DNA of 58,940 nucleotides, filler included, from Sphacelaria rigidula (GCA_964200075.2; 10 parts of 10 records of this genome joined end to end with filler, not necessarily neighbours in it); one strand, 5' to 3'. Counted from the whole stretch's first letter, positions 12,250-25,149 are shown. Notes: a model not told the origin generated them from the letters alone. A program made the numbers and translations.

Positions 12250-13280
12250 AGGATTATCCCCAAAAACAGTGCTTTGCCTACACAGAGTAATTATGCCCGG
12301 TGACTCTTTTCGTCGGTATACTGCCCCTTGATCGCGCGGAAACTGTTTCGGCGCTTTTTTCCGACTATGAAAGCCCATAGCGCTCAATGAAATCGCCATT
12401 TCACCCTAATTTCGGGGTTTCGGCGAATCTTTCGGGAGTTCGTCCCGTTCGCTCATCGCTGTAAGCTTATGCAGGCGGTGGAAGGCAATGAAACAGTTTG
12501 CACGCACTCTGGGGGAACTAGACAGGTAAACAAGTGGTTGGGCATTATTTCTTCTAGTTCAGGGAGAGCACTCTTTGAGGTTGAGACTCGTTTTTTGTTC
12601 AGCCTCAATTCTCAGGATCCTCTCTCAGTATTATCGTCTCTGGGGCGTATTTTCCATTTTTGGGACACTTGGCACGGTTTTGTACCCGTGAAAAATGTTG
12701 CCGACATCGAATTTTTTATACAGGTACATATTTCTTGAAAGGCCACTCTCGAAACCTAGGAGCCAACCGAATCGGGAAAATGGGCTAAACTCCTCTCGGT
12801 GTGAGGAGAAAAGTATCCAAGATATGTGATGGCGATATTCTCTGTTGGGGCCCAAAAAAAGTGGGTCAAATGCGCCAAAACTGAAAAGTTCAACCAAACA
12901 AGAAAAACGGCGAGAAACGATCTCTAAAGGGATCTTTTTCCAGGCCTTTTCAGATTCTTCAGACTTGTACAGATAAGTGGATATTTTTCAGACTTTGTCC
13001 GAAACTCTAGCATCAGAACTTGTTCTCCGATGCTGGTTCTCGGACATTGTTGTCATTCTTCATCTGGTTGTTGTTCTTGTTGTCATCATCTTTATTCTGA
13101 TTATTCTGATAATTTTGTCATCTTTGTTTATTGATTGATGTTTTGATTGACTGTCGCACTTCAATTGATTTCGAATTGTTGTTATTACATCCACCTTGTG
13201 TGTAAAAATGTGATTCTTCGACGGACACTTATTGAATTTTTCCCTCTTCTATGTAGTGGTTCCTACATCACTCCCCCTTT
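12250..13280 (-). mobile_element. Possible copia-type polypurine tract plus LTR remnant; far end uncertain
   Basis: Minus-strand AAAGGGGGAG (13280-13271) immediately followed by TG. Confidence 0.3.
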
Positions 13281-13284
13281 ATGA

Positions 13285-13607
13285 GTGTCTTCTTTCGTTT
13301 TTTTAACGAGAAGTGGATTGCAGGAGCATACTTATTTTCGCCGGCTAGCGATAAGGATGTACACCATTTGTCACCTACCTTCTACGTCTGTTGGGTCCCC
13401 CAACACAATAATCTCCACAGAAGGCTTCCCCGTGAGTCCCTACTCTCCTTCGAACTTATCCACCAGTTGTGTGGTCCCCCTCCATTTTTTTCACTCTTTA
13501 TCCCCTACTTAACTTCACGTTGCTTTTGTGGTGGGAGCCGAGATTCGGACCCGGGACCTTCGGTTTATGAAACGTACGAGCTGTCTCATGGTGTCACCGA
13601 TGTGCAA
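13285..13607 (-). mobile_element. Putative SINE with a degenerate tRNA-Met-like head
   Basis: Minus strand ...TTTCATAAACCGAAGGTCCCGGGTCCGAATCTCGGCTCCCACCA (CAT loop, T-arm, CCA), then a ~220-nt body and an A-rich end. Confidence 0.55.
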
Positions 13608-13860
13608 AGATGATCCCACGACGGACACTTATGCGAATTTCCCCCTTCTATGTGGTCGTTCCCATAAATGTTCTTATGATGATGTGATTGATAATATTAT
13701 CATTATTATCATTATTATCATTATTGACAATATTATTGCCATTTTTATCAACATTATTATTGATATGAATGGCATATTTCCCCCTAGTCTTCTCATTATT
13801 CCCATTTTATCGTCCATATTAGAGAGTTTCAGGAACAAAAAGCAGAAAACCGGCCGGAAA

Positions 13861-14010
13861 AACTCAGGGTTAGGGTTTTTTTGAAGTTCGTATTTACGGT
13901 CAGGATATGATGAATTCCCCTAGGTAAACTCCGAGAACTGAACCCTGAGAAGAGACGTGCGCAGCAACTCAGGATTCATTTGAAAATATTCAAATAAACC
14001 CTGAGTTGCT
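13861..14010. repeat. Cluster of AACCCTGAG-like motifs with a 22-bp hairpin (13963-14010), probable MITE remnant
   Basis: AGCAACTCAGGATTCATTTGAA-AATA-TTCAAATAAACCCTGAGTTGCT. Confidence 0.6.
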
Positions 14011-14208
14011 CAACACCCCAAAGCGTTGGTGCCCATCTCAGGGTCAGGAAACGGAACTAGACACCCTGCCCCATAACGACCAAGGTTACAGAACACTGCC
14101 GTAGGACAAACATCGAAAGTGGGGCGATGGCGGATGCCGTGAACGCCCGTGACAGCTCTGGTGATAGCAGCCCGTTCACGAGGGTGGCCCAAGACTACGA
14201 GGAATAAT

Positions 14209-14474
14209 TGGAGGCGAACGGGGGAGCCGAGACACCAGTCGACCTGGCTTATGATGACACGAAAGGGCGGGAATCGGCTGCTCAACCAGCTGTTACATCG
14301 ACTTGACAAAACGGCCACCCAACGTGAAGCTTGCGTTAGCTCGCGCAGTTACACCACTGGTGGGTGGCCATTTTGTCGAAGTTCTCGTAGCGGCTGCATG
14401 AGTGGCCCACTTCCGCCCTTCCGCGTTATCTTTAGCCAGGTCGACAGGTGTCTCTGTTCCCCCGTTCGCGTCCA
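14209..14474. repeat. Long imperfect inverted repeat (~113-bp arms, ~40-nt loop)
   Basis: 14209-14321 aligns to the reverse complement of 14361-14474. Confidence 0.9.
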
Positions 14475-15299
14475 CGCAGCTAGGGTTACGGCGTTGTGAA
14501 CCTTTATCGAGAATGACTGTACTTTCTCGAAATATGCACACGCACACACACACGGGCATATGCACACTTGTACTACAGACAGTACAGTACAGAACACTTA
14601 CTACAGCACAGTAATATAGCCATGCTACGATACGACGGGGGGTATTCTGGGTTATTGCTTACACGAAATTCAACTTCGAATCATCGTTGTAAGAAGCAAC
14701 GATCGTTAGAACGCGCGTGATACCTATAAATCATGCTCATGCTGCTTAACGCCTTTTTACCCAAACACAAGCGCACGGCGAGTGTGTCAGGTTGTCCGAA
14801 ACACCTATGAGAATCAAACACCCAATATATCGTAGCACGGCTCCGTACATGCACTCCCGCGCTGTACGGGTAGCACCGCATGGGTGGGCGCAGAGTACAA
14901 ACGCCGAACAGCACGGCGCGACTTTTACCTCTTCAACTCATGACACCGACCACGTGGCATTCGGAACAGAAGATACTAAGCCCTGAAAAGTTGGCCACAG
15001 TCCACACCTACGTGATAAAAAAATAAGAGAGGGTTGGCACACGAGCAACTTCAAGCAGCGCGAAGGTTGGATGAACGAACGAGGTATGTATGTCATTGTT
15101 GATATGCAGAGTATACAACCCAGGGCGCAAACAAATCACAACCACATGTTCCTCTCAAAGCAAAGCCTTACGCCCCCCCCCGTCCTCCGTCCGACGGAAA
15201 CTTCGCTTGCCACGAGGCATTATATGGGTGGCATAGGGAGTGTGCCACCAAGGGCCAGGACATACCCTAAACTCGACTTCGTTCAGAAGGTTTCCTTTC

Positions 15300-17525
15300 C
15301 CCATCCCCCACTGAGGCGACAACAACAACCCCCAAACTCGAAGTCCTCGACGAGCAAGTCACCCCTTTCGTAGTCCTCATTCCCACGCGTATACCACCGT
15401 TGCGGCGAGAATCCCGGGCTCTACTTCCTTGACGGGCAATGCTGCCTCCGCACTCCCCACCCCCCCTTCCCGCACGCCCGAATCAAACGCGTATGCCACT
15501 AGGGCGCCAAAACATCCCGACCCCTACCGCCCTGACGAACCATCCATGTCCGCCAGGCCCTCCAACTCCCTCTGCTGTAAATCCTACCTGCGAAGAGGGA
15601 TAGCATAGGCTATATACGGTGCATACCACACAGGGGAAGAACGGATTCCAGCTTCGACTCCCCCAACAAGCAAGCAGCGCTTTCTCCCCTTCCCCACCTC
15701 CATACGTCAATCCTCCCCGCCACGCGGCACACCCTGGTGGGTCACATACGGAGTATCTCACTCGCGGCGTCATCAAATCCCAACCTTGATTTTCTCCAAG
15801 AATGATCCCTTTTTCCCTGCGTTCCCTTTACGCGTGCAGCACGAGGGGCACACGGATCCCAACCCCGACTCCCCCATCAAGCGAGCTCTCCCCCCCCTTC
15901 CCCACCTCCATACGTCAATTCCGCCCGCCACGCAGCACATCCTAGGTAATACTCGCAGTACCTCACTCGCGGCGCCAATTAGTCTCAACCTCTCCTCCTC
16001 CAAAAGCCAGTACTATTCCTCTCTCACCTGCGCTCCCACGCGTACACTACCACGGTGACAACGCATCCCAATAACTTCGACTTCCTCTACGAGCAAGCCC
16101 TGTATCCCCCGCTTCCCCACCCCCATACGTCAATTCCGCCCGCCACGCGGCATACCATAGGCCACGCATGAAGTTCCTCACTGTCGGTGCCACACAAACA
16201 GAACCTCAACTTCCTCCACGAGCCAGCGCTCTGCCATCCCCGCTTGCCCTCTCATGTGCACATCACCAGGGCAACAACGGACTCCAATCTCTACCTCCTC
16301 AGCAAGCAAGCCCTATATACCCTTCCCTTCCCCATCCCCATACGTCAATTCCGCCCGCCATGCAGCATGCCATTGTGGGTCGCATATGGTGTACCTTTTT
16401 TACGGTACCACCAAATCCCAGCCTCAATTTTCTACACCAGCCAGTCCTCTCCCATACCCATCTACCCTCTCACGCGTGCACCACCAGGGCGCCAACGGGT
16501 GCCAACCTCGACTCCCCCAACAAGCCAGCCCTGTACCCTCGCTCTCCATCTCCAAACGTCAACTCCGGAAGCCACGCGGCATACCATACGCCATGGACAA
16601 GGCACCTCACTCAGGGCGGCGACAAACCCGAACCTCTCCCCCTCCTCCACGACCCAGCCTTCTGCCATCCCCGCCTGCCCTCTGAAGCGTACATACCACG
16701 GTGACAATGGATCCCAACCTCTACTTCCCCCACGATCAAGCCCTGTGCCCACCTCCATGCGTTACTTCCGCTCGCCACACGGCACACCATTCGTCATAGA
16801 CGGAGTACCCTTCGCACGGCATCACCAAATTCTAACCTCGGCTTTCTCCACGAACCAGCCCCCCCCATCCTCGCCTGTCCACTCACGCGTGCACCACCAA
16901 GGCGACAGCAGATCCCAACTTCGACTTCCCCAACAAACAAGCCCTGCCCCCCCCCATACGTAAACGCCGCCCGCCACGTAGCATACTGAAGGCCACATAC
17001 GGAATTCCCCACTCAGGGCGCCACACAAATCAGGACCTAGACTTTCTCCACGATCTAGCTCCCTCCCTTCCCATTCGGCCCCCTCACGCGTACACGACCG
17101 GGGCGACAACGGATCCCAACCCCCACCTCCTCAGCAAGCAAGGCCTTTGCTCCCCTTTCCATCCCACACACGTCCATTTCGCCCACCACGCGGCATATCG
17201 TAGGTCCTAACCGCAGTACTTCACTCGCGTCCCCGATAGATCCCAAGCTCAACTTATCCACAAGTCAGCCCTCTTCCATCCCCGCCTGCCTTCCCAAGCG
17301 ACCACTAGGGTGACAACGGATCCCAACTTCGACTCCCCCAACAAGCAAGCCCTGTACCCCCCTCGTCTCACCCCCATTCGTCAACGCCAACCACCACGAG
17401 GCACCATAGGCCACTTACAGAGTTCCTTACCCAAAGCGCTATAAAAATCAGAACCTCGACTTTCTCCACGAATCAGCCCTCTTCCTTCCTATCCAAACTC
17501 TACCTCCTCAGCAAGCAAGCCCTGC
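15300..17525 (+). repeat. Diverged C-rich tandem array, ~210-bp unit, ~10 copies
   Basis: CATACGTCAA-like marker at 15701, 15909, 16124, 16339, 16553, 16756, 16955, 17167, 17375. Confidence 0.9.
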
Positions 17526-17714
17526 CCCCCCCCCCCCCCCCCCAACCCCCCAACCCCCCCCCCCCCCCGCCCACCCCACCCCCATTAAGGAGCGTTTCCA
17601 ACAAACATCCCCAANNNNNNNNNNNNNNNNNNNNNNNNNNNNNNNNNNNNNNNNNNNNTTAATTAATTAANNNNNNNNNNNNNNNNNNNNNNNNNNNNNN
17701 NNNNNNNNNNNNNN

Positions 17715-17779
17715 CTGACACACTCATGAGCCTTTTTTTCGTGCAACCAAATACCCCCCCCCCTATCGTAGGATGACTC
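17715..17779. mobile_element. Truncated end of the Sola-like MITE family
   Basis: Same terminus as 47551-47802 (CCCCTATCGTAGGATGACTC). Confidence 0.8.
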
Positions 17780-19105
17780 GGGAGCTGTACGGAATGGGCG
17801 AATTCTACGCCGTCAAAGGTATTGCCGTTTCGTGAGACGAAGTTGTCATCAGTGACGGAATCCTCGGATCGCTGTACAAAGTTCACATGACAGTGAGAGC
17901 TGCTGGAGGAGGAATTACCAGGGGGTGGTTTCCCCCGTGATGTGGGGGACGCTATTCCGGGTTGAGATCCCGATTGCCTTGTCGGCGATCGACATTTCCC
18001 CGCCCATCACCTCGTGCATGATAATCTATATCTCGATCATAGCATTCATTGCAGTTGCGTAAAATACATGATGGTGATTAGGGGAGGAGTTGCGGTTTCG
18101 GTTGTGGTTTCGGTTGTGGTTTCGGTTGTGGTATCGGCGTAGTGGTGAGCATGTCGTGGGGTGTCGGTCTGAGTTATGATACCCACTACGATCCGAACCG
18201 CACTGTCGGTGTGCGACCGCTGTGTGTATCGCTAGTTATCGTCAGATCGTCGGGTTTCGAAATGGTGACTGTGCCGGTGGTGATCGGTGCTGCACTCATC
18301 TGTGTCGTCTTCTGCCCCCCCCGACTCCCACGTCTCCCGACCGATGCGTCACTGTGGGAAGCATCATCCACTGCGACAGAAAGAGTATGATTCTTCGGCG
18401 ATCCTGCTCTGCTCCTTGATAATTCTAGCTCGGCGTGTGCAGTTTTTATTGTTCTTTCCAAAGTGATAGTCTCATTCTTGGGCATCGCAAGCGAAATACC
18501 CCTTTGGATCTCGTAATCTGGAGACAGCCTGCGCGCATAGTGCCCGTTGGCATCAAACTCCGAAATCACGGCACCATACTGATGTCTCTTGTGCCTTATT
18601 AGGTTTTCCCTGCTTAGAAAAAACTAAAGGCGATTCGCCCATGGCCATCTTGAGGCCATTCAACTCTTGTTCAAGGCGATCTTTCTCAGCAGTGGAGAAA
18701 ACGCCGTAGCACTGAAGAAAATAGTCCCACGCTTCGCTGGGTGAGCCGAGGAGTTTCAGATGTTCTACCATGTGGAGTGCGGTTCTATTTTCCAAAATGA
18801 TGTCCTCAGCTCGTTTGAGCCTTTTTTACTGCCTCGTATTCGTGCTGCCTTTTCAACTCCTCTCCCGTCTCAAGAAACACGCAAACAGGTACGTGTACAG
18901 AAAGAGCATCATAACATTTCTCAACGCGGAAGTAACCACACATCTACACGTGAACCACCCGAAACTTCGAGTCAAGGCTCTCTCCTGTTTCCAACGATTC
19001 GTCCCGTGGGTGAATACTACTTTTCTACATACTCGTACAACGTTCGTGTGGGCTCGTTGCCCCTGCATGTAATCATGTTGCCTAGTTTAGGATAAAACTC
19101 GTGGG
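17780..19105 (-). mobile_element. Degraded Ty1/copia-like gag region
   Basis: Frameshifted GSPSEAWDYF...AEKDRLEQELNGLKM..GESP and RRLSPDYEIQR resemble copia (UBN2-type) Gag. Confidence 0.65.
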
Positions 19106-21597
19106 TGACCTTGAAGACGGAGGCGGTACTTTTAATTTTGATGGCTCTTTCTTCCCCGGCCTCGTTTGTCGCCCACCACCTTGTCAACGACGTAACGTTT
19201 AACTCTTGGTTTCGTTATTTCCGTACGGTCAACTTGGGGCAAGGGTATTTTTTGCCTAGAAAATACTCGTCGAGTCGGTCAAACTCGGGAGCTGGGGGTC
19301 GTTCTCTTGGATAATATTGCTTAAGGTGAGCGAGGGGTACTGACATCTCTTTAGCATCCTCGCTTATCTTGACCTTATAGACAAACGGAGAATAGTTTTC
19401 GACGACCTTCTATGGCAGCCGCCATGGTAACACCAACTTTGGATTGGGACCCTCTGTGTCTTGGTGTGGCCTAGATAATAGCACTTGTTGGCCAGGTCTA
19501 AAGACAGGGTATGGCTTGAGCTTAGCATAGCTTGCCTTTTGTTTATTTGCTGGTTCTTTCAAGTTACGTCTTGCAATTTCAAAAGCTAGCTGCATGTTGT
19601 CTCTTGTCTCTTTCGCGTATTGTTCAGCATCCACAGCGTGCCCTTTTTCTGAAATACCCGAAATAATATCGACAGGTAATTACGGTTGACGTCCGAACAT
19701 AAGGAAATAGGGTGTTTCTTGCACTGTGGTGTTGAATGATTTATTGTACGCCATTTGTTCGGAGGGTAGCATAGTCGCCCAGCTGTGTTGTTTGACAGAG
19801 CTATGCACGGCCAACATGGCGTGTAAATTCGAGTGTACACGTTCTGAAACAGAGTTGCCTTGAGGGCGGAACGGTGTCGTGCGTGTTTTGTCAAGTTCAA
19901 GGATCAAGTACAATTGATTTATTACCCGGTTTTCAAACTCCTTGCCCTGATCAAAATGTAATATTTTCTGTTGTAGCAGATGTCGTGAAGACACGGTCGA
20001 CCAGAATTCTTGCCACAGTATTGGTTGATTTGTTTGGGATGGGAATAACCAGTGCATATCGTGTCAGATGATCCATGATGAACGTTACATACGTAGACGG
20101 CACACCGGCTGACGAATTTAAAATCTTCTTGTATTCGACAAGATCTATCGATATCCGCTCAAAAGGTCTGTTCACAGGTATGTGGCCTGCAGGCAATTTC
20201 GGACGGTTATGGATCGTCTTTCTCCTCTGACAGTAATTGCAAAGTTGACATCATTTTCGCACATCTTGGTCATTGTCGGCCAATTATACTTGTTCTTGAT
20301 CTTTTCATAGGTCGGCTTGAATCCGAGGTGACTTCCAGACAACACATAATCGTGTTTTGAGTGCAAAACGAAATTGAGCAGAGCGTTTGGTAGCACTAGT
20401 CTATTGCGATCAGTACCTTTTTTCAAAGATTTCCTGGAAGGTATGACCTGAACAAAATACCGCTACGGAGCACAAAGCAGGACATAGATGTCAGCGCCTC
20501 CTCTTCCGGTAACCGTTCGTCTTCGTCTGTCAGATATTGCATATAAGAGCCATATTATTTTGCCTGTTCACTTCCCAACTTGTCTTTGTCGATGGACGTG
20601 ATAATATGTGTAGGTAGCGCTCGTGTGGGTAGCGTTGACGGTAAAAACTTATTTGTCGCTCTGTACTGGTTTCAGATTATCCTGTTTATCCCTTGAAATT
20701 TGAAACGGTTGGTGCGGTTTGTTCGCGTGCAATGCGGGGTCCTCTGGGACTTCCGACAGATTGAGGCGAGCAGGGGTTTGGCCTCATGATTCTGATCTTT
20801 TTCGAACCGAAAGAGCCTCGACAGAGTGTCCGGAACGACATTCATGTTTCCCGGTTTGTGCTTCACGGTGAGGTCAAATGATTCTAAAGCTATCGCCCAT
20901 CTTGTCGACATATTGCTTGTATCTTGCATAGAATAGAGGTACTGTAGTGCTGCATGGTCTATCACACATACGTGAAATGTTTTGCCCATGAAGAGGGTCT
21001 CCAGCTTTGTATAGTTAAATACAACTGCATAACATTCTTTGAGTGTGGCAGAGTAGCGCCGCTGAGCATGATTGCAACGCTGACTGAAATACGCTACAAT
21101 TTCAGTTTTGTCTTCCTTATCTTGGGTCAGCACCGAGCCCACGGCCTCGCCAGGCGCGTCCACTTGAATGGTGAACTCTTTTTCTCAAAGCTCTGGAAAA
21201 TGAAGAACCGGAGCAATGGTGAGAAGCCTTTTTACTTCTGCGAAAGCTGCATCGTGTTCGGCATTCCAGCTTTTTGCTACTTCCTTGGCTGCCCCTTTTT
21301 TCGTGAGATCTACCAGCGGAGCGATTACCTGTGTGAGGTTTGGAATGAATTTTCTCACGAAGTTGATCGTTCCTCACACCAAATGCAATTGCTTGATATT
21401 GGTTGTTGTGGGTAAATCTTGTATGGTGTTTACGCGGTCTTCCGCAATTTGATCCCGTCAGCGGACAAAGTGTAGCTGAGGTATTTGACCTCCTTCGGTC
21501 CAAAATGTGCTATAGAGGTCTTGAGAGTAAGACCTGTTCTTTTCAGTGCTTTAAACATGCGTTCCAGTAGAGTCAGGTGGCCGTCGGATGTGGAGGA
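19106..21597 (-). mobile_element. Degraded Ty3/gypsy pol (RT end, RNase H, integrase, chromodomain-like tail)
   Basis: RRYSATLKECYAVV, HKPGNMNVVPDTLSR, RPFERISIDLVE, DQGKEFEN, PQGNSVSER, YVVDKVVG..KYRLRLQG; many frameshifts. Confidence 0.92.
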
Positions 21598-23448
21598 CCA
21601 GGCGTCACACCTTGCCTCCGAACACGGGCATACAAGACGGAGTCGCCAACTGCAAACTTGGGCAACGCAGCCTGACCCTGAGCAACCTTGCGTTTGATTT
21701 CGCGAGACACCGCGACAGCAGCTTGCACTTCGTTACAAAACCGCACTTGCTCGTCAACCACGCCTCGATCCTTGTCACGCAACGAATCAGCATCCATGAT
21801 ATCGACGTTCCACTCGCCGCCAATGGCAGAAGCCAGCGCGCAAAACGCTGTACGTGGCGCACGTCCAAACATCACACAATACGGAGTGTTATGGTGGCAT
21901 TCACGAAAATTAGTATTTAACGCCCACTGAGCGGCTGGCACAACATCAACCCATTCAGACACCTGCCGTCTTTGTTCTAACAAAATGGACCGCACCGCAC
22001 GAGCAACCTCTTCCACCATGCGTTCACAAGCACCATTCGACCAAGGGGTATACGAAACAGCAAATTGGTGTTGAACCTTGAGCGCGTCGCTCAGCTGCGC
22101 GATTGCTTGATTCTTCAAGTGTGTGGCGGTATCACTAACCCACACACGCGGCACCCCCAAAGTCTTGCACCAATAGAGCAAGTGCCTAGCCGTAACCTCG
22201 GCGGTGCAAGACTCGGTCGGCTCCAACCAAACTAAATTGGACAAATCATCCATGATAACAAGGACGTACCGAAAACCATCCTCATCAGCCAAACCATTAG
22301 CACCTTCAGGTCCGCTACTTCCGACGTACAGAAAATCAAAGTGAACAACTTCATATGGTGCAGTAGCGTACCATGCACAGTATCGCCGTACGGACGAGGT
22401 ACAATTGCACCAGCACAAGTGTTTACACAACGCAAACACTGGCGAACGAACTCGCGAACGTGGGAATCCATGTGAGGCCACACACAATATTCTTTCAAAC
22501 GAAACAGAATCGGTGCCACATCACTGTGACCAGTCGACCGCGTGTGAGCGCACACCATCGAGCGAGTTTGTAGATCCTTACTATCCAACGGAATCCACGA
22601 AACATCACTGCGGCCAACACGCACGCGAAACAAACCATCGTCAGCCAAGGCAGCTTGACCGAAAGTCGTAGGAAAAGAATGCACACCGTCGCCGACGGTT
22701 TTGCGCTGCGCGGTACGAATGACATGTAACGAGGGCAGCGAATCATCGGCATCACACGAGCTGTACACGCCAACAGAACGAACAGGCACGGTAGGAACCT
22801 TTACCCGGGGAGACAACAAATCTCCCCAAAAATTGCGCTCTCCAGGAATGTATTCAATGGCATACCGATATTGACCGAGCGCTCCTTTCCAATTTTCAAG
22901 CCGTTGCGCCATGGCCTTCGTCACCGATGTGACACACTCGTCGGGGTTAAAAATGTATTTCAGATTGCGATGATCGGTATAAAATGCGAACACCACCAAA
23001 AACAAGCACTCTAGCCTTCGAAATGTATTGACTATCGCGAAACATTCTTTGTCCACTGTCCCCCACCGCGACTATGGACCCTTGAAGCTACCACTCAGAA
23101 AAGCCAACGGTTCATGTGACATGTCTTCAAGCGCAATGCCACTACTGAACTCGGCGACAGGCACTTGCGTTAAAAAACTACCCAAGTGGAAATCTGAAGC
23201 ATCTCGAAACATCAGAACAACGCACCCTGGACGAGGATGATACAGCGACACCGCTTGCGCCAACAAATCTTGCGCAGCACGCCATGCCCGCACACGATCC
23301 TCCGTCGAAGCGTCCTCCGGGATGATACGATTACGCGCCACCCGCTTGGTCCGACGTGAAGCCTCCACCATAAGTTCTTCCAAAAACATACGAAGTGGCG
23401 CAACTACTTCCGCCATGCGCGGGGGCGAAGTCCGCAACCAATCCACTG
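21598..23448 (-). mobile_element. Second, distinct Ty3/gypsy pol fragment (RNase H and integrase)
   Basis: DASDFHLGSFL, EPLAFLSGSF, YTDHRNL, VHFDFLYV, VSDTATH, YTPWSNGACER. Confidence 0.92.
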
Positions 23449-23450
23449 CG

Positions 23451-23518
23451 TAAACTTGAGGATAGTAGGGGTAAAGGGAATTTCCAATGGAGCGGTGAAA
23501 TGCGTAGAGATTGGAAGG
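23451..23518 (+). rRNA. 68-bp plastid/bacterial-type 16S rRNA fragment (NUPT or chimeric contig end)
   Basis: GGGAATTTCCAATGGAGCGGTGAAATGCGTAGAGAT matches the conserved SSU motif AGCGGTGAAATGCGTAGA; the ATTTCC..GGAGCGG variant is plastid-like. Confidence 0.85.
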
Positions 23519-24309
23519 NNNNNNNNNNNNNNNNNNNNNNNNNNNNNNNNNNNNNNNNNNNNTTAATTAATTAANNNNNNNNNNNNNNNNNNNNNNNNNN
23601 NNNNNNNNNNNNNNNNNNTCGGTGTTGTTGTGGGTTCGTCTCTCGCCCGTTCCCTCCTGGGGGGCGGGGGTGTGTTTTTGGGTGGGGGGGGGGGGGGGCG
23701 GGGGGGGAAGGAAGGTATTCGATTCCACGAAAAAGTGTCCTCATGGGTGCCTCAAACGACCTCACACACTCGCGGTGTGCTTGTATCTGGGAGGAAGCGG
23801 TGTACAGCTGTATCAAAAACGTGCTCAGCCTGGTTAGGGTTAGGGCTAGCTGTATCAAAAAGCCAAGTACACGTATACCTTGTCGGAACCGATCGATTCT
23901 CTCATCCGGAGAGGTTTTTGCTTATCGCGGCCGGTCGAAGATGGATGATGACAATGTGTACAGAGCCATCGACTCTCATTACTATTGCAATATGTGGTGA
24001 CGGTGTCAAGTCAGACTGTCAGATTTTCGACTCGCGTCTGCCGGTCCGGTCGGAGATCGTCATGTCGTCATGCCGTCATGCCGTGCCTAGCATTTGCCTA
24101 ACTTTTGTTTTATCACCCGAGAATGTCCCGATTACCCGAAAATTCCAGCATCCCCCGTCAATGTCGTTGCGCGGTATCAAGAGTTGATTTGTACGGTTTG
24201 CGAGGCCAAACTCCAGCATGTAGCACACACACATCCTTGACCCTTTTCTGCGGTTACTAATATGTTTGTTGTTGCTCGTACCGTTTGTACCGTTGGGTTC
24301 ATTCGGCAG

Positions 24310-24411
24310 GTGGTGAGCCTGCTCAACACCCTGAAGGGCGTGGGTCTGCTGAACCTGGGGAGCATCGGGGACGACGCGCCAGCACCGAAGGCCGTCGCGG
24401 CAGCCGTCAAG
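24310..24411 (+). CDS. Exon of Lys/Ala/Pro-rich protein (VVSLLNTLKGVGLLNLGSIGDDAPAPKAVAAAVK)
   Basis: CAG/GTAC splice sites, 102 nt, GC3-rich codons. Confidence 0.75.
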
Positions 24412-24993
24412 GTACTGTTCGGTCACGGGTTGTTCGCTTTGCTACTGCGTGCGAAGCATTGGACACCTGAGTATAGTAATAATATCGCCGCACTCGGACA
24501 GTACTCTGAGTATTGTAGTATCGCACAAGAAGCATCCATGTCTTTTCGCTCTGCTTTTACAGTATATTAGTAATTCGACACAATTTTTTTGCAGCTGTCG
24601 AACTCCGCTTGTCTTCGATGTGTAAGCAGGAATGCCTGCGAGTCGCGCTCTGTACGGTGCGGTACTCCACCGCGTTTCTAGGCTGATAGGACAGATTGAC
24701 TTTGTGGATTCTCGCACATCAACATCAAGTGTTGAGTAGATACAAAATCGAACATGACATAACAACTCGTGGATGGAAAAACATTAAATTATTACAATAT
24801 GAATAATAACGTCATCACAAAGGGGGGTAAACATGGAGTTGAATCAGGTGCGGTAAACTGCGCAGAAAAACGAGAACACAAAACGAAACCAAGCCGAAGA
24901 ACAAAACGGTAAAAATGATGCATTTGGCGTTGAGAATAACGGGTTCCGACTCCTGATTGTGACTGTGATTGTACATGATGCATCCGCTCGCAG

Positions 24994-25149
24994 TCTGCTC
25001 CAAAGGCGGCTAAAAAGGCGGTGGCAGTGGCCAGGGTCAAGGTGGCCCCGAAGCCTAAGGCAGCACCCAAGCCCAAGGCAGGACCCAAGCCTAAGGTAGC
25101 ACCCAAGCCGAAGGCAGCACCCATGCCCAAGGCTGCCCCCAAGGTCACG
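24994..25149 (+). CDS. Exon with (PKPKAA)n repeats
   Basis: CAG acceptor and GTGAGA donor; synonymous variation among the repeats. Confidence 0.8.

Noticed and set aside
23833..23849. Telomere (TTAGGG repeats; also near 8583-8622 and 13865)
   Set aside because: Only one to three degenerate copies, internal to contigs.
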